Shown here: positions 23,059-35,450 of the stretch, in pieces
Numbering within the stretch: position 1 is the first letter of the stretch
Layout of the letters: every line of letters begins with the position of its first letter
Assembly (NCBI RefSeq): GCF_018350175.1
Contig: NC_058368.1
Coordinates: forward strand, 53,942,001-54,006,000
Length of the DNA: 64,000 nucleotides
Direction of reading: 5' to 3'
DNA from: Felis catus
Lineage: Eukaryota
The notes under the pieces: model-generated
What the model was told of the DNA's origin: nothing
The model's input: the letters and a program-made list of their open reading frames with translations, nothing else
Database searches by the model: none
Program-made: the position numbers and the translations under genes

Positions 23059-24689
23059 AACAATGAATACCTACTAACATTAAATCAACACTCAAAATGT
23101 TTCAAATTAAAACAAAGCACCTGCAATATTCTGGATTATCTGGTGATCATATAACATGTAATTTTGATACTAATTATAAAAGTCTATTTTACTTTTTTCA
23201 TTATTTAAATTTAGACAGCTTTAAAATGAACATATGGCAGTAATTATCAACATAAGATAAAAGGATATTAGTCAGAAGAAAAAAAGAATATTGTAACAAT
23301 ATAACAATATAAACTTTTTTCAATTTACATCATATAGAAGTTCTTCACTTAATCTGTTTCACTAACACATATTTTATTCAAGCAATAAATGATGTCTTCC
23401 TGTAATAAAAATCCCAAATTAGGCTTTTTTATAGGCAAGAAATTTGAAGAGGTTGCCAAATGTGCTTAGGAAAATCCCAGTGACTTCATGATTCATCATT
23501 TGTATTGAAAATTAGAAGGTGAGAAAATTGAGAGGGAAAAAAAATCTCACTAATAAGGATTAAAAACAAATGATTCATTTCTTAAACTTTTTCAGAGAAG
23601 CAAATTATAGCCAAATTATAGGCCTGACAAACCATAATTAAAGCATAAGAGGAATTATGGGGGATTGAGAGGTGAAGAAGGCCATGTTTCAACTTAAATA
23701 TCAATTTCATTTAGCGTCGTTAAAATTAGCTCTTTCCTGCTACAAATTCTTTTAGTTTCTGAAGTCACTATTTAATGAAAAGGGAAATGGAATATTAGAG
23801 CCTACCCGTATAAATCAAATGGGATGAAGCATGGAGAGGAATTTATATAAAGTTTTAAATAATGTGCATACACAGACATGCATAGTATTTTTACCTGGAG
23901 ATTAGAAGAGAGGTTTCAAGTCCAAGAATCAAGAGAGCAATAAAGTGCACACATTTCTCTTTTTCCCCTTTGCAGTTTGAGTGCTTCCAGAGACTTTCTG
24001 AAATTATCATTGCTGTGAGCAGTGTTTCTCTTTGGGTAGTTTTAAAATTTGGAGGAGAAAATGACTCTGACTTCTGATTTTCAATCCAAGCATTCATACA
24101 GTGAAAATATAAATTCAAAACTCAATTTATTAGAATACCTTGAGAAAAGATACAATGACTTTAAATTAAATGCTTGTTTAGCCGATTATTAATCAGGAGC
24201 ATATTTTGCTTTTCTACTTTCCATTTTGTCTCATATTGTATTAAAATGACATAGGAGAACCATACTTTGCTTTTGATAATCCAGTAATAACCACAAAAGA
24301 ACCTGTAAACTGAACAGGATTTGTATTTTCTATCATTGTGTATCACAGATCTATGCTCTGTACAAAATCTAGATGCTTTAGGTGTACATTAAATGAGGGC
24401 AAGAGGGTTTGGTTTTTTGCTTTAGAATTTTAATTGCATTCATTTGTAATCCGGTAGAGGAAGTAAACAGCATACTAGTAACATTCATCAGTGAGAATAG
24501 GGTAAAAAGTGATTTCAATGGAGTCTGGCTGCGTGAGCCTAATCAAATGAGGCCAGCAGTGTTAACGCTCTCTCTCATTCTCTTAGTAATAACAGCTCAT
24601 TCATGAAAAACTTTATAATCATTTTATTAGCCATCCTTGTCAGAGGTCTAGTAACTTTAATTGAAGGGTCTTTGACTGAGGAAGAAATG

Positions 24690-26010
24690 GAAGGATAAAA
24701 ATGTAAAGAGGGCACTTGTGGTCTGAATGTGGTCCATGCAGTTAGCATATCCCCCTTTTCCTGCTGGACAACATCCAAAAGCAACAAGAAGAATGGGAAA
24801 CAAAAATGCAAACTCCATTTTCAGCAAAAGTAAGAGACAGCTCAAATCTCCAGAGCCCAAAATAGGTGTAAGGGCTGCCAAAAGCAGTGGAGACTGAGCA
24901 GAGCAGAGCAGGGGCTGTGTGGGAGGAAGTCGAGAGAAAATGCCGTGGAGGGAATTTGCTAGCAGCAGGCGGGGGCCAGCTTCTGCAGATATCAGAAAGA
25001 GCAAAGTGACAGCTCAGAGACGTGAAGGGCACGCTCTGGTTGTTGAATCCAGATCCCTGTTTGCGACACAGGATATGGGTGCACTGGCTGGCAGGAGAAG
25101 CAACCCTGGACCTGACTTGATTTTGAGACACTGAAGGGGGAGATCTAAATACAGAATCAGAATCACTCATGAAGCAGGCATATGTACAGGGAAGCAGTTT
25201 GGCTTGTGACAACAGAGTTCAAGATAGTCTTTGCACTATCTTGCACCTGCCTATACCATTGACAGGGGAGAAGCGGTAGCTATGTGAACCAGGGTGCAAA
25301 AAATGCCACAGCTCTGGCAATGACTCGACTCTGGCAATTCTTTCGCATCGGAAACTCCTGCAATATTTGGTCCAGAAAAATGCATCTTTTCAATGATGAG
25401 TGCAACGAGAAAAACAAAAGTGAGAGACTACAAGAAAAAAATGAAAACAGAAACAGTAAACAATAAATAACAAAGAATATTCACCTGGAAGGCAGCATAG
25501 CTTAGTCATTAATACAGTGGAGTCTGGAAGCAGACTGCCTATTTACAAATCTCTGGAATAAGTTAATTCACATCTTAGTGCCTCACTGTCCTCAGCTTGT
25601 AGAACGGAGTTCAAGGTAATACATACTAAATGGAGTTATCAGGATGATTGAATGAGTGATATTTGTAAAATGCTTAGAATAGTGCCTTCAATGGACTAAA
25701 TTGTATATAAATATTACTTTCGAAAGCAATATGAAACACATGTAAACTTACTTTGATTAAAAAAAATAATTTAATGGTGTAATGACCACTGTGAAGCAAG
25801 ACCACAAAGTAGAAATACAAGAATTAAGGGAAATAAGGGAGATATTGGAAGGAAATGAAAAATGAGTTAGGATTGCTCAAGAAAGGATAGAAAAAAAATA
25901 TCTAGAAATAAAGGCAACATTGGACGGATTGCAAGGGAGAATAGGCACAGTCAAAAATGCAGTAGGTAAAGTGTAGAAATTATTAAAATGACAAAATGAA
26001 ATAGAAAATT
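24690..26010 (+). mobile_element. Ancient L1/HAL1 5' region and ORF1 relic (tentative)
   Basis: A-rich sense strand. 25902-25973 translates as LEIKATLDGLQGRIGTVKNAVGKV, resembling the L1 ORF1p coiled-coil. The left boundary is a guess. Confidence 0.45.
25488..25715 (+). mobile_element. MIR SINE
   Basis: ggcagcatagcttagtcattaa...gtctggaagcagactgcct...gtgcctcactgtcctca...atttgtaaaatgcttagaatagtgcct. Confidence 0.85.
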
Positions 26011-26216
26011 AAAATTTTTTTAATGTTTATTTTTGAGAGAGAAAGAGAGCGTGAGCAAGGGAGGGGCAGAGAAAGACAGAGACACAGAATCTGAAGCAGG
26101 CTCCAGGCTCTGAGCTGTCAGCAGAGAGTCTAAGGTGGGACTCAAACTCACAAACCGTGAGATCATGACCTGAGCCAAAGTGGGATGCTTAACTGACTGA
26201 GTGACCCAGGTGCCCC
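26010..26216 (-). mobile_element. CAN-SINE
   Basis: tttttttaatgtttatttttgagaga...gaatctgaagcaggctccaggctctgagctgtcagc...cccaggtgcccc. Confidence 0.95.
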
Positions 26217-27777
26217 AAAAGAGAGAATTTATTTTTAATTTTAGTTTTGATTTCCTACAGTCATGTGGGATGTCAGGAGTATCAAGGAGATCTGATCAAT
26301 CAGGTGAAGTGACATCACAGGCATGTGAGAGGCATGAGGCATGAGGGCACATACAGTTTCCTCATGGTTATTTAGGTGGAAGAAACCATACACTGTTCCT
26401 CTAAGTCTTAAGATGTATTAGTTAATATTATATTGAGATCAAGATTTCCAAGCATTTGTTAACCACTTCTCTTCATGTTTCCAATTTCATCTTTGTTCAT
26501 GTTGACTATTAAAAACGATAGATTGACATGTTATTTGCCTCTGTTGGGAAGAGGAGTTGAGTAAATTGATGACATATCCAGGGCTAGGATATGGGATGAC
26601 AAGAAGAGAAGGCAGGTAGAAATGGAAAGTGATAAGGAGTCTTCTCTCCCGTCTTGCATTCCACCACCGCTGATAAAGAGGATGGCTGATGGCATATACT
26701 CCTATGGACCTAATCCAATCACCGCTGAGGAATTTTACCAGAAGACAGATTACAGTTTACAGAACACTTAAGAGACTGGTAACATGATTTCTCAAGAAAA
26801 AAATAGCATAAAAATAGTTGTTTAAAGAAAAACTGAATGTGAGAATAATTCCAGGAAACATGAAAGCTGAGTGAAAGATGCCAAAACTGAAATACATCAT
26901 TTATCAGACTTTATTCTTTGATCTTTAAACCCCAAATTCTCTATTCACCAAGATATTCCAGGAACACTTTAACCACAAATTCAAAATGTTTTGTCAATAT
27001 TTTCTTATGATATCTCATAAAAGCCCTCTGTGGAAAGGAGTATGATGTGTAGTCATGCCCGTTTTCCAGCTGTGGAAATACCAAGTGAAAAGGCACAGGG
27101 AGGTACCGTGGGTCTCCAGGATATACCAGCTGGGGGTGTATTTACTTTAATTGTGACCAGCCAGTCTGAGAGGTTTTGTCAAACATATGAACACTTTCTT
27201 TCCAAGCAGTGTGCTGACATTTTCATAGAAACTGGAGGAGTCTGATCAATCCACAGCATTGCAGATGACCAGAATAATTCCCTGAACTTTGTGTTGCCTG
27301 TGATAGAAATGTGATGAGAATAGACTCCTATCAATGTAAGGGAAAAAAAAGTTCTAATTCTCCTTGAAGACCATCCCAAAGTACCTCCTCCTAAGAGCCG
27401 TGACACATTCCCTCAATCATGTATCGTCCTTCTTCCTTTTACTCCAGGGCATTTAGTTTCAATGGGCTTATGGTGACTTATTTAAACATTTATGTCTCTA
27501 TATTATACTCGTAATTCTTACCTAAACAGATTGTATGTCTGCTGATGTATTCACTTATCTGTGTGCTCCATATGGTACTTAGTAGAATATTTTTTTATAT
27601 GGGAACTCCAAATATATTTTAGCTATATCATAGAATAAGCCTTAAAGGATTTGATCTATCAATCAGGAAACAATTCCCCATCATGTTAACTCATAATAAC
27701 GATTTCCTTTTAAAGAATTGAAAAATTAAAATGTTTCTGTAACATCAACAAATAAATAAATATTCTATAGCTAATTG

Positions 27778-28270
27778 CATTACTTATTTAGCAAGTTTCA
27801 TTACCTATTTATTATATGCCAGGCAGTGGAGATACAGTGTAGTACAATGAACAAAAGTCCTTAGCACTCATAGTGCTTAAAGGGTAGGGAGAATAAGCAA
27901 GTAAACAAATAAAATAAATTCATATTATGATACATGCTGTAAAAATAAAACAAGATAATACCATTGAAAGTGATCAGGTAGGTGGCTACTTAGATAAAAT
28001 GGTTAGGAAAGACCTCTATAAGGAGGTGCTATCTGAGCTGAGATCTGAACGGAGAGGGAGCCTTGCAAACATTGGTGAGGTGAGGAGCATTCTATACTTA
28101 GAGATTAGCAAGTACAAAGGTCCTGAGGTAGAGAACAGCTTGTGCTCAAGATACAGAAAGAAATCAGTGAGGACTGAGGTTATTTTGCTTGGGGAAGTAT
28201 AATAGAAAATGATGTTGGAGGCAGAAGTAGAATTGAAATCATGTGAAGTTTTATAGACCATAATTAAAGT
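27778..28270 (-). mobile_element. LINE-2 fragment
   Basis: atttattatatgccaggc...ggagatacag...tttagataaaatggttaggaaagacctct...tgagctgagatctgaa...gcaagtacaaaggtcctgaggtag. Confidence 0.85.
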
Positions 28271-28419
28271 AGGTTTTCTAGTTATAACATCAACCATATG
28301 CTTGTCTATATAAGATTTGAGAGCCACTTTCAGCAGCATCTGAGCAAGCCCCAATGACCGGTTCTCACCAGTGAAATATGAACAGAAGGGCTTTGAGTCA
28401 CTTCCAGGCCAAGGTAATA

Positions 28420-28645
28420 GAAGACTGTACCTCCTCCACCTTCCCTATTTTCTCTCTTGCTGGAAACAGAGGACTCTGATGCCCCAAGCATGTCGGAGCT
28501 ACATGATGAAATTAGCCCCGAAGAGAGCTTTTCATCAACTAGGGACACGGGCATTGAACGCTATGTGAGCAAGAAATAAACTTCTGTTGTCTTAAACCAT
28601 TGAAATGATTCGGTTTGTTATAACAAGTTATAAAATGCAGTTCAT
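28420..28645 (+). mobile_element. MaLR LTR fragment (MLT1)
   Basis: tgtgagcaagaaataaacttctgttgtcttaaaccattgaaatgattcggtttgttata is a typical MLT1 3' part. Confidence 0.7.
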
Positions 28646-28649
28646 ACAG

Positions 28650-28880
28650 ATATGATGTGTGACTTGCAATTACACATGATGACTCTGGCACTGTGGTCAT
28701 AACCATAGGGCTCAAGCACAGAAGCAGGGAGGCCACTGAGGTTGTTGCAAGTGTCTTGATGAGCAAGGATGCTCACTGGGTTTAGGAAGTGACATGAAGA
28801 TGGAGAGCTGTGGACCAATTCAGGACACGTTTGGAAATTAGACCCATCAGAAGCTACCGACGAGAGAGAAGGGAAGTAAG
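28650..28880 (-). mobile_element. LINE-2 fragment
   Basis: gatgactctggcactgtgg...gcagggaggccactgaggttgttgcaagtgtcttgatgag...gatggagagctgtggaccaattcagga. Confidence 0.7.
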
Positions 28881-29068
28881 GAATGTTCATCATCAGAGTA
28901 GTGTTTTATGATTTCTCTAAGAAGGCTTTACATCTGAACAATTTTCACTTTCCTCTCTTCACTGGTATGACAGGGAGCAGTTTTGCCTTGGAAAGTTCTT
29001 ATCAAGTTCTTATTAGTTTTACTGATATTTAATAATCTGAGGAATTATTGAAATTGAAAGTAATTTGA

Positions 29069-29110
29069 GTCTATGGCCATACCACCCTGAACATGCCTGA
29101 TCTCGTCTGA
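29069..29110 (+). pseudogene. 3'-truncated 5S rRNA retropseudogene (nt 1-42)
   Basis: GTCTATGGCCATACCACCCTGAACATGCCTGATCTCGTCTGA versus mammalian 5S GTCTACGGCCATACCACCCTGAACGCGCCCGATCTCGTCTGA gives 38/42, with all differences at CpG sites. Flanking repeat tgaaa(g/t)taatttga at 29055-29068 and 29108-29121. Confidence 0.95.
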
Positions 29111-29349
29111 AATTAATTTGAGAACTGTTAACATAACCTGATCTTTTCAATAATGGCTTATGCCTTGACCTGAAGAAAATACAATAAAATTATAGTCTTC
29201 TTTGGTTTGGAGAATGCACTTCTATTTGAGTTGCCTAAATTTACATTTGTTTTCTTCAGTAACCACATCATATAGCTGCCTCATCTTGAGCCAATGGTTA
29301 ATAAAATTTCCCAAATCTTTTTTTTTCCCCATTAAACTACTTGGGAATA

Positions 29350-30230
29350 AGTTCATCTGTAAGTAAGAAAAATCCAACTACATGTTTGTTTGCTTGGTGG
29401 CTTGCTTGTTTTTACTTTACCTTGAATAATTAGAAATCCAAAGGTAGTGAGTCCAGGGTTGTTCTGAGGAGCAAAGCTTGCCCAAAACTTATGAAATCGG
29501 TGTTTTAGTTAGACATGTGCCTGTTTGTTACATTGATAACTTGGAATGTCATAGGTGGGAAACACAAAACCTAACAGTATTTTAGCCATTTTAAGATAAG
29601 GAGTATGAATTTTCCTTTGGAAATCGGCTACAACAAAAGTATCATAAATGGTTCCCAGGCAGGAAAATAAAGATAGAAGACAAAGGGGGAAAGTGACATG
29701 TGCTAAACTAGTCTATCCTTTTTCATTAGGAAAATAATATTTCCTGGAAGCTCTCCTGAGAAATATTCCAGTCATATCTCATGACCAAAAATGGATCTTA
29801 TGATCGCCTATTGTTGCAAGGGAGGGGTCTGAGGAGATAATGAATTATAACTTGAGCACATGATCTTTCTGAACAAAATTGGTTATATTTAAGGAAAAAA
29901 GAGAATGTATTAATTAGTGTACAGCCTAGTGTGCTATAATATAAAGCTCCCAAACTAGTGGCTTCACAGTCCAGGGTTAAGTGAATATTCATTCTAAGGC
30001 TGGTAGGTATCTCTGTCATCTTCTGTGAGGCCCCACTTATAGACCTAAAAGTGCACCACAGTTGCACCATTTCCCAGGCATCTGCAAGGGGAGAAGAGCC
30101 TAAGGGAGCCTAAAGGAGTATACATTTTTGGGTAAGGAAGGCTGGAAAATGTAGTAGTTAGCTAAGCATCCCTATGTCTAGCTGAAACTATGAATTTGGA
30201 AGGAGAAAATGGATATCTAGCAGGGTGTAG
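29350..30230 (-). mobile_element. Old MaLR (MLT1) LTR fragments
   Basis: catatctcatgaccaaaaatggat...ttgcaagggaggggtctgagga, and aaggaaggctggaaaatgtagt. Composite and degenerate. Confidence 0.55.
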
Positions 30231-30424
30231 GGAAGTGCAACAAGAAATTTATCAAAAACACCTCTTTTCATTCAGATACACAGGGATCTGTTGGTCAGCT
30301 ACCTCTGGACAAAATTATTCAGCAATCCAAAGCGTACTACTTATGTTGACACCTATCTCATGGTTCTCCATCTTATACAAATATATGATTAACGAAGAAA
30401 GGATAGGTTCGTTCACTCCCTTAT

Positions 30425-31040
30425 CCAATCAGTGAACAAATACTTACTGAACATCAAATCCCCAGCTGGAACTAAGATCCAAAGGGAGGAACAGTGCAAA
30501 AAAAGATGAGCGAAAACAGTACAGGAGGGCACGAAAGGTCAAATATGCTCAGTGAAGGATAACACTGGTTTAACGGGCTGTTATCACACAAGACAACAAG
30601 AAGAGAAAAGGCTGGATGGTACGCTGAAACCAGATGCCAGCATTTAGAGTTGGAATTTATTTCCTTAAACAGTGCAAAGCTATGAAATGTTGTAAATAAG
30701 AGCGCAACATTATCTAAAGTGTGTTTTTGGAAGATTACCCTGGCTGCAGTGCAAGTATTTGCTGCTCAGTGGAAATGAAATTGAGCAGGGATTCATAGCA
30801 TTGTGACAGTCCACATGGGAGATGACGAGGGACATCAGTTGGGAGGAAGAGAACAAATGAGAGAGAAGCAGATGCAGCAACTCGCTGTATTTGAGGAAAC
30901 AAGAGAAAGGATGGAGTGCATCAGACCGGCTAATCTTTATGACTAGGGGTCTGGTGCTAAAATTAGCTGGAAGGTAGAAATGCAGAAAGAACACATGTGG
31001 GGAAATAGCAAGCTTAGTTTCAGGCTTCAGTTGGAGATCT
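30425..31040 (-). mobile_element. LINE-2 fragments
   Basis: aacaaatacttactgaacatc..., and tttggaagattaccctggctgcagtg...gtccacatgggagatgacgaggg. Confidence 0.65.
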
Positions 31041-31456
31041 CATTCCAGGAGGCGGGAGGAGACGCAGTAACTATGATATGTGACTAATAAAAATAAGCAT
31101 TTTGTGCTTTGCAACAGTTTGTGCTATGGATATTCTCATATTTTTCTGGGAAACCCTCCCAACTCAACATTTGGCTGCAGTCATTATAAGCCCTTGAGAG
31201 TCATTCAGGAAATTCCATACACGTATGACTCTACTTTGAAAGTGCACACCCAGGAAAAGACCCAACAAGTTATGATGCATTTTGTAGAGTCAGGACTATA
31301 CTATGCTAACAATAGACCTGCAGAAGCCTGGAGCCCTCTAGGGACTTGCTCTAGGAAACACCATATATGAGGCTAGATTCCATGGATGATGCAGATCTAA
31401 AGGCTGACATGAAACTTGCCCCCAGCTGGACAGAATAGAATGGAGGACAGTTTTTT

Positions 31457-31648
31457 AAAAAGAAAGGAAGGAAGGAAGGAAGGAAGGAAGGAAGGAAGGA
31501 AGGAAGGAAGGAAAGAAGGGAGGGAGGGAGGAAGAAGGGAAAAGAGAAGAGAAAAAGAAAAGAAAAGAAAAGAAAAGAAACAAGAAAAGAACAGAACAGA
31601 AAAGAAAAGAAAAAAAAAGAAAAGAAAAGAAAAAAGAAAAGAAAAAGA
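31457..31648 (+). repeat. Compound purine microsatellite (GGAA)n-(GGGA)n-(GAAAA)n
   Basis: Read directly. It explains the K/R/E- and F/S/L-rich ORFs at 31351-31720. Confidence 0.97.
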
Positions 31649-32391
31649 CTCAAGAATACTAAAAGAGCTAGCCGAGTCTCTAGGAACCCAGAGGATAGTT
31701 TTGTAATAATATGGCATCAAATGTCATTAAGTTAAAGATTCACAAATCATCAATAATTGATCATGAGTTGCTAGCCATTTGAGACTTAATCAAGGCAGAG
31801 ATATGTGACTTATGCATAAAAGTATACTTTAATGGATGACTGATGTCAGGGAAGATTTTTCCTATAATCAAACTCTCGTCACTCCTGTGTATTAATATAC
31901 TATATTTTGACCTAGGCCACACCCCTCCTTACAGTCCCTAATCTATTTTTCTGCCCCCCCCCTTTTCCTATTTCTTTCCAACTTGGCATTTCCAAACTTC
32001 TGTTACTACTGGAATCCTGTTTCAACTCATCCTGGGACTCTTTTTGTCTAGTTTGCTGGATTTGGAAGATCTTGCTGAAATTGACCTCTGGCTATGCTCT
32101 GAAACTTTTCTATTAAAAACCACTCCCAAGGGCACCCCATCATGGCAATGCCCCCTTCAGCACAAGCCAAGTTGGAAGACAGGTAGCAATATGTACTTGG
32201 ATGCCTGTGCACTCCAATTTTTAATATTTATCACCTCTAAGGTTGGAACTGATCTTGTCAGTAAAGTATTAGGGTCATGTCATATAGTTATATTCATCAC
32301 TAATAAGTCAGTCTGTCTTATTCAACAAATTTTATACTAAGGATCCAGGAATAGTGTTGGGCAATGAGATCACACTGATAAAAAGACACCA

Positions 32392-32598
32392 GGGGTACCT
32401 GGGTGGATCAGTTGATTAAGTGTCCTACTCTTGATTTTGGCTCAGGTCATAATCTCACAGTCATGAGATCAAGCCCTGTGTTGGGCTCTGCGCTGAGCAC
32501 AGAGCCTGCTTGGGATCCTCGGTCTCCCTCTTTCTCTGCCCTTCTCCCACTTGTGTGTGTGCTTTTTCAAAATAAATAAATAAACATTAAAAAAAAAA
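32392..32598 (+). mobile_element. CAN-SINE
   Basis: ggggtacctgggtggatcagttgattaag...agagcctgcttgggat...aaataaataaataaacattaaaaaaa. Flanked by aaaaagaca on both sides. Confidence 0.94.
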
Positions 32599-32937
32599 GA
32601 CATGAGCAGCTGTCTGCAAAGTTAAGAAAATATTGCCAGTTAAGACAATAAAAAAATTTATTACAATATACTGTGTTCTATGATAGTTTGCACAGAGAGG
32701 TTTTCTCAGCTAGCATGTTTCTATATGTACCTAGAAAGCCTCGCTTACCCAGATAGCTAGCATCGAAACCAATTACAAAATCATAAGTACCAATAAATGA
32801 GCTATTTAGTTCTAACTGATTATGAAGACTTGATAAAAAAAAAAACATCCAAGCATGATGCTTTCCATTAACTTTATTTATATTGAACAAATATGTTTGC
32901 TGATAAACCATTCATTATACTATAGCAATGACAAGAA

Positions 32938-33448
32938 CAGCAATTTTCAGAATTTATCCAGGAAACTCTGGGGAGGGAAGGAGTGTCTCCCAATATATTT
33001 CAGGGGATCTGCAGGCTCAAAACTATTTTCATAATTCTACTAAGACATTTTTTGATGTTTTCACTCTCCTTCTCTCATTAGTGTTGAGAGAATTTTCTCA
33101 GAGGTTACATGAGACATGATATTACAGGTTGAAAGCAGAAGATATGAGGCATTGTCTATTAGCTATACATAAAAGACATTTTTCAAAAATGTAAAATAAT
33201 ACCACTACATTTTCTCATGACATTTTTGCTTTAGAAAATGTTATTTTCCTGGAAATACATTATTGAATTGAACAGGTAATGGATTTATTTTTTAATGAAT
33301 TGATAAACAAAATGCTTTAATGTTTTTCTCAGCTTTAATACCTTATAGGTTAAATATTGATAGATATGTCATATAATCAAAAGTGTTTGGAGTGCTCAAT
33401 AATGTTTAAGCACATACAAGGGCCTTGAGAACAGTTTCAGAACTGCTG
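32938..33448. mobile_element. hAT-Charlie non-autonomous element (Charlie4a-like)
   Basis: tttcaggggatctgcaggctcaaaactattttcataat...tgaaagcagaagatatgag...aaaaatgtaaaataataccact...tttcagaactgctg. Confidence 0.75.
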
Positions 33449-33504
33449 CCCTAAATCAGTTAATGGTATTCAGAAATATATGGAACGACTTCTGGTTTTT
33501 TTTA

Positions 33505-33716
33505 AGTATTTCATTTTTTAAAAATGTTTATTTATTTTTGAGAGACAGAGCATGAATGGGGGGGGGGCAGAGAGAGAGGGAGACACAGAATCCGAAGCAG
33601 GCTCCAGGCTCTGAGCTGTCAGCACAGAGCCCGACACGAGGCTTGAGCTCATGGACAGTGAGATCATGACCTGAGCTTAAGTCGGACACTTAACCAACTG
33701 AGCCACCCAGGCGCCC
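33505..33716 (-). mobile_element. CAN-SINE
   Basis: Full antisense copy ending ctgagccacccaggcgccc. Flanking repeat gacttctg(g/c)tttttt. Confidence 0.96.
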
Positions 33717-34324
33717 ATGACTTCTGCTTTTTTAACAAAGAAAAGATGAGAATCAGAAAGTTTCAAATAGAAAATAGAAATATATGTTAGAGAATTTCAC
33801 ATGACACTGCTGAACAAGGAAAGCATTGTTTTCACATAAGGGAAGGAGAGAAGATACATTTATTGGCAATCTGGAAGAGCTTCAAGGAGGAGGTGAGGAC
33901 TGGATCCATTTGACCCTTAGAAAATCAATAACTTTATATCTACTTCTTCGGGAGTGACATAATTTGAGAAGATTCAAAACCATGAAGTCAGAGTCAAATA
34001 GATATTTCTTTAATTTACTGACATCAGCAAGTAAGATGTCAATACTGGCTGTCCAGGCAAGACCCCAATGAGATGCCTTTGATCTGAACAATAACTCTAT
34101 TGTAATTAACACAAACGCTGCATATATTCCTTTCTCAGTTTGTGCGCACAGATCTCATGAAGCCAAAGGGACTTCAGTACATGTGGCAAAATACGAACAT
34201 ATTATTGATCAAAACCTACTTTTTACAAGGGCTCTATAATTTTTTAAAAGATATATATCACCTTTCAATTTTATATTTCAAATAAAAAATTTTACTCTCA
34301 TGTGTCTACAGTAAGACATGTTGT

Positions 34325-34536
34325 GGGGCACCTGGGTGGCTCAGTCAGTTGAGCGTCCTACTTTGGCTCACTTCATGATGTCACGGTTTATAGGTTCAAG
34401 CCTCCATTTGCGCTCTGTGCTAATGACTTGGAGCCTGGAGCCTACCTAGGATTCTGTGTCTCCCTTTCTCTTTGCCTCTCCCCTGCTCTCACTCTGTCTC
34501 TCTCACTCTCAAAAATAAATAGACGTTAAAAAGAAG
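34325..34536 (+). mobile_element. CAN-SINE
   Basis: ggggcacctgggtggctcagtcagttgagcgtcc head and A-rich tail. Flanking repeat aaga(c/a)atgttg. Confidence 0.95.
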
Positions 34537-34759
34537 AAGAAATGTTGCAAATTCTTTTGAAATAAGGCCGAATATTGACAGCATTCAGGGAAATGCTATA
34601 TGCACTAACTCCACATCTGGTCCCAAGAAATCAATAAACAAAAATTTCTCTTACATAAGACAGAAAAATACCTGTAAAAACCAGAACTATTTTAATGTCT
34701 GAATAATGAAAGTTTATATTAAATGCTGTTTTACAGTTTAAAAAGCACTTTAAATTTAT

Positions 34760-35255
34760 AGGAAAACTTGTACATGAATATTCACTGCAGGTATATTTGC
34801 AATAGCCAAAACCAGGAAATAATCTAAATGTCCATCAACAAGTGAATAGATAAAATTCACATCCATACAATGGAACACTACTCAGCAATAGAAAGAAATG
34901 ATTCCGTTACAACAAATGAACGAATCTCAAAATTGCCAAGCTGCTTGAAAGAAACCAAAGGCAAAGGGTACAAGCTGTAAGATTTCATTTATGTCAAATA
35001 CTAGAAAATACAGAACTAATCTATAGTGACAGAAAGCAGATGAGAGGTCTCAGAGGAGGGAGAGGGGTTCAGGAGGAAGAGGAGCAGGAGGAATGGACAG
35101 CAAAGGGGTACAAAGATTCTTTTAGAGTGATGAAAATATTCTATAATTTGCTTGTGGCAATGGTTTCACAGGTGCATACCCTGTCAAAACTTGTACACAT
35201 TGTACCCTTTAAATGGATTCAGTTTATTGGACATAAAATTATGCCTCAATAAATT
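34760..35255 (+). mobile_element. Old L1 (L1MD/ME-like) 3' end
   Basis: aatagccaaaaccaggaaataatctaaatgtccatcaacaagtgaatagataaa...catacaatggaacactactcagcaata...aattatgcctcaataaa. Confidence 0.88.
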
Positions 35256-35264
35256 TGGTTCTTA

Positions 35265-35450
35265 CAATGCACTGTAACACAAATAACCTAATCCCATCAT
35301 CTCAAGGACCCTGTGACACAGTAGAGAAAATTGCAATCTCATTTTGTGGATGAGGAAATGAGCTCAAGACAGGCAGTGACTTTCCTAGAGCCAGTAACTC
35401 TGAGTTTGAGAGGGACAGTTGTGAAGAGTAGGGACTTTCAAACTTTCTCC
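35265..35450 (-). mobile_element. MIR SINE
   Basis: ctcattttgtggatgaggaaatgagctcaagacaggcagtgactttcctagag. Confidence 0.7.

Noticed and set aside
24575..25212. Overlapping 78-156 aa minus-strand ORFs
   Set aside because: No recognisable protein or coherent splice structure. More plausibly the antisense strand of an old LINE 5' region.
18633..29110. Functional U2 or 5S RNA genes
   Set aside because: Both are short 5' fragments with TSDs and lack the rest of the RNA and its promoter elements, so they are recorded as pseudogenes.
31351..31720. K/R/E-rich and F/S/L-rich ORFs
   Set aside because: Translations of the purine microsatellite.
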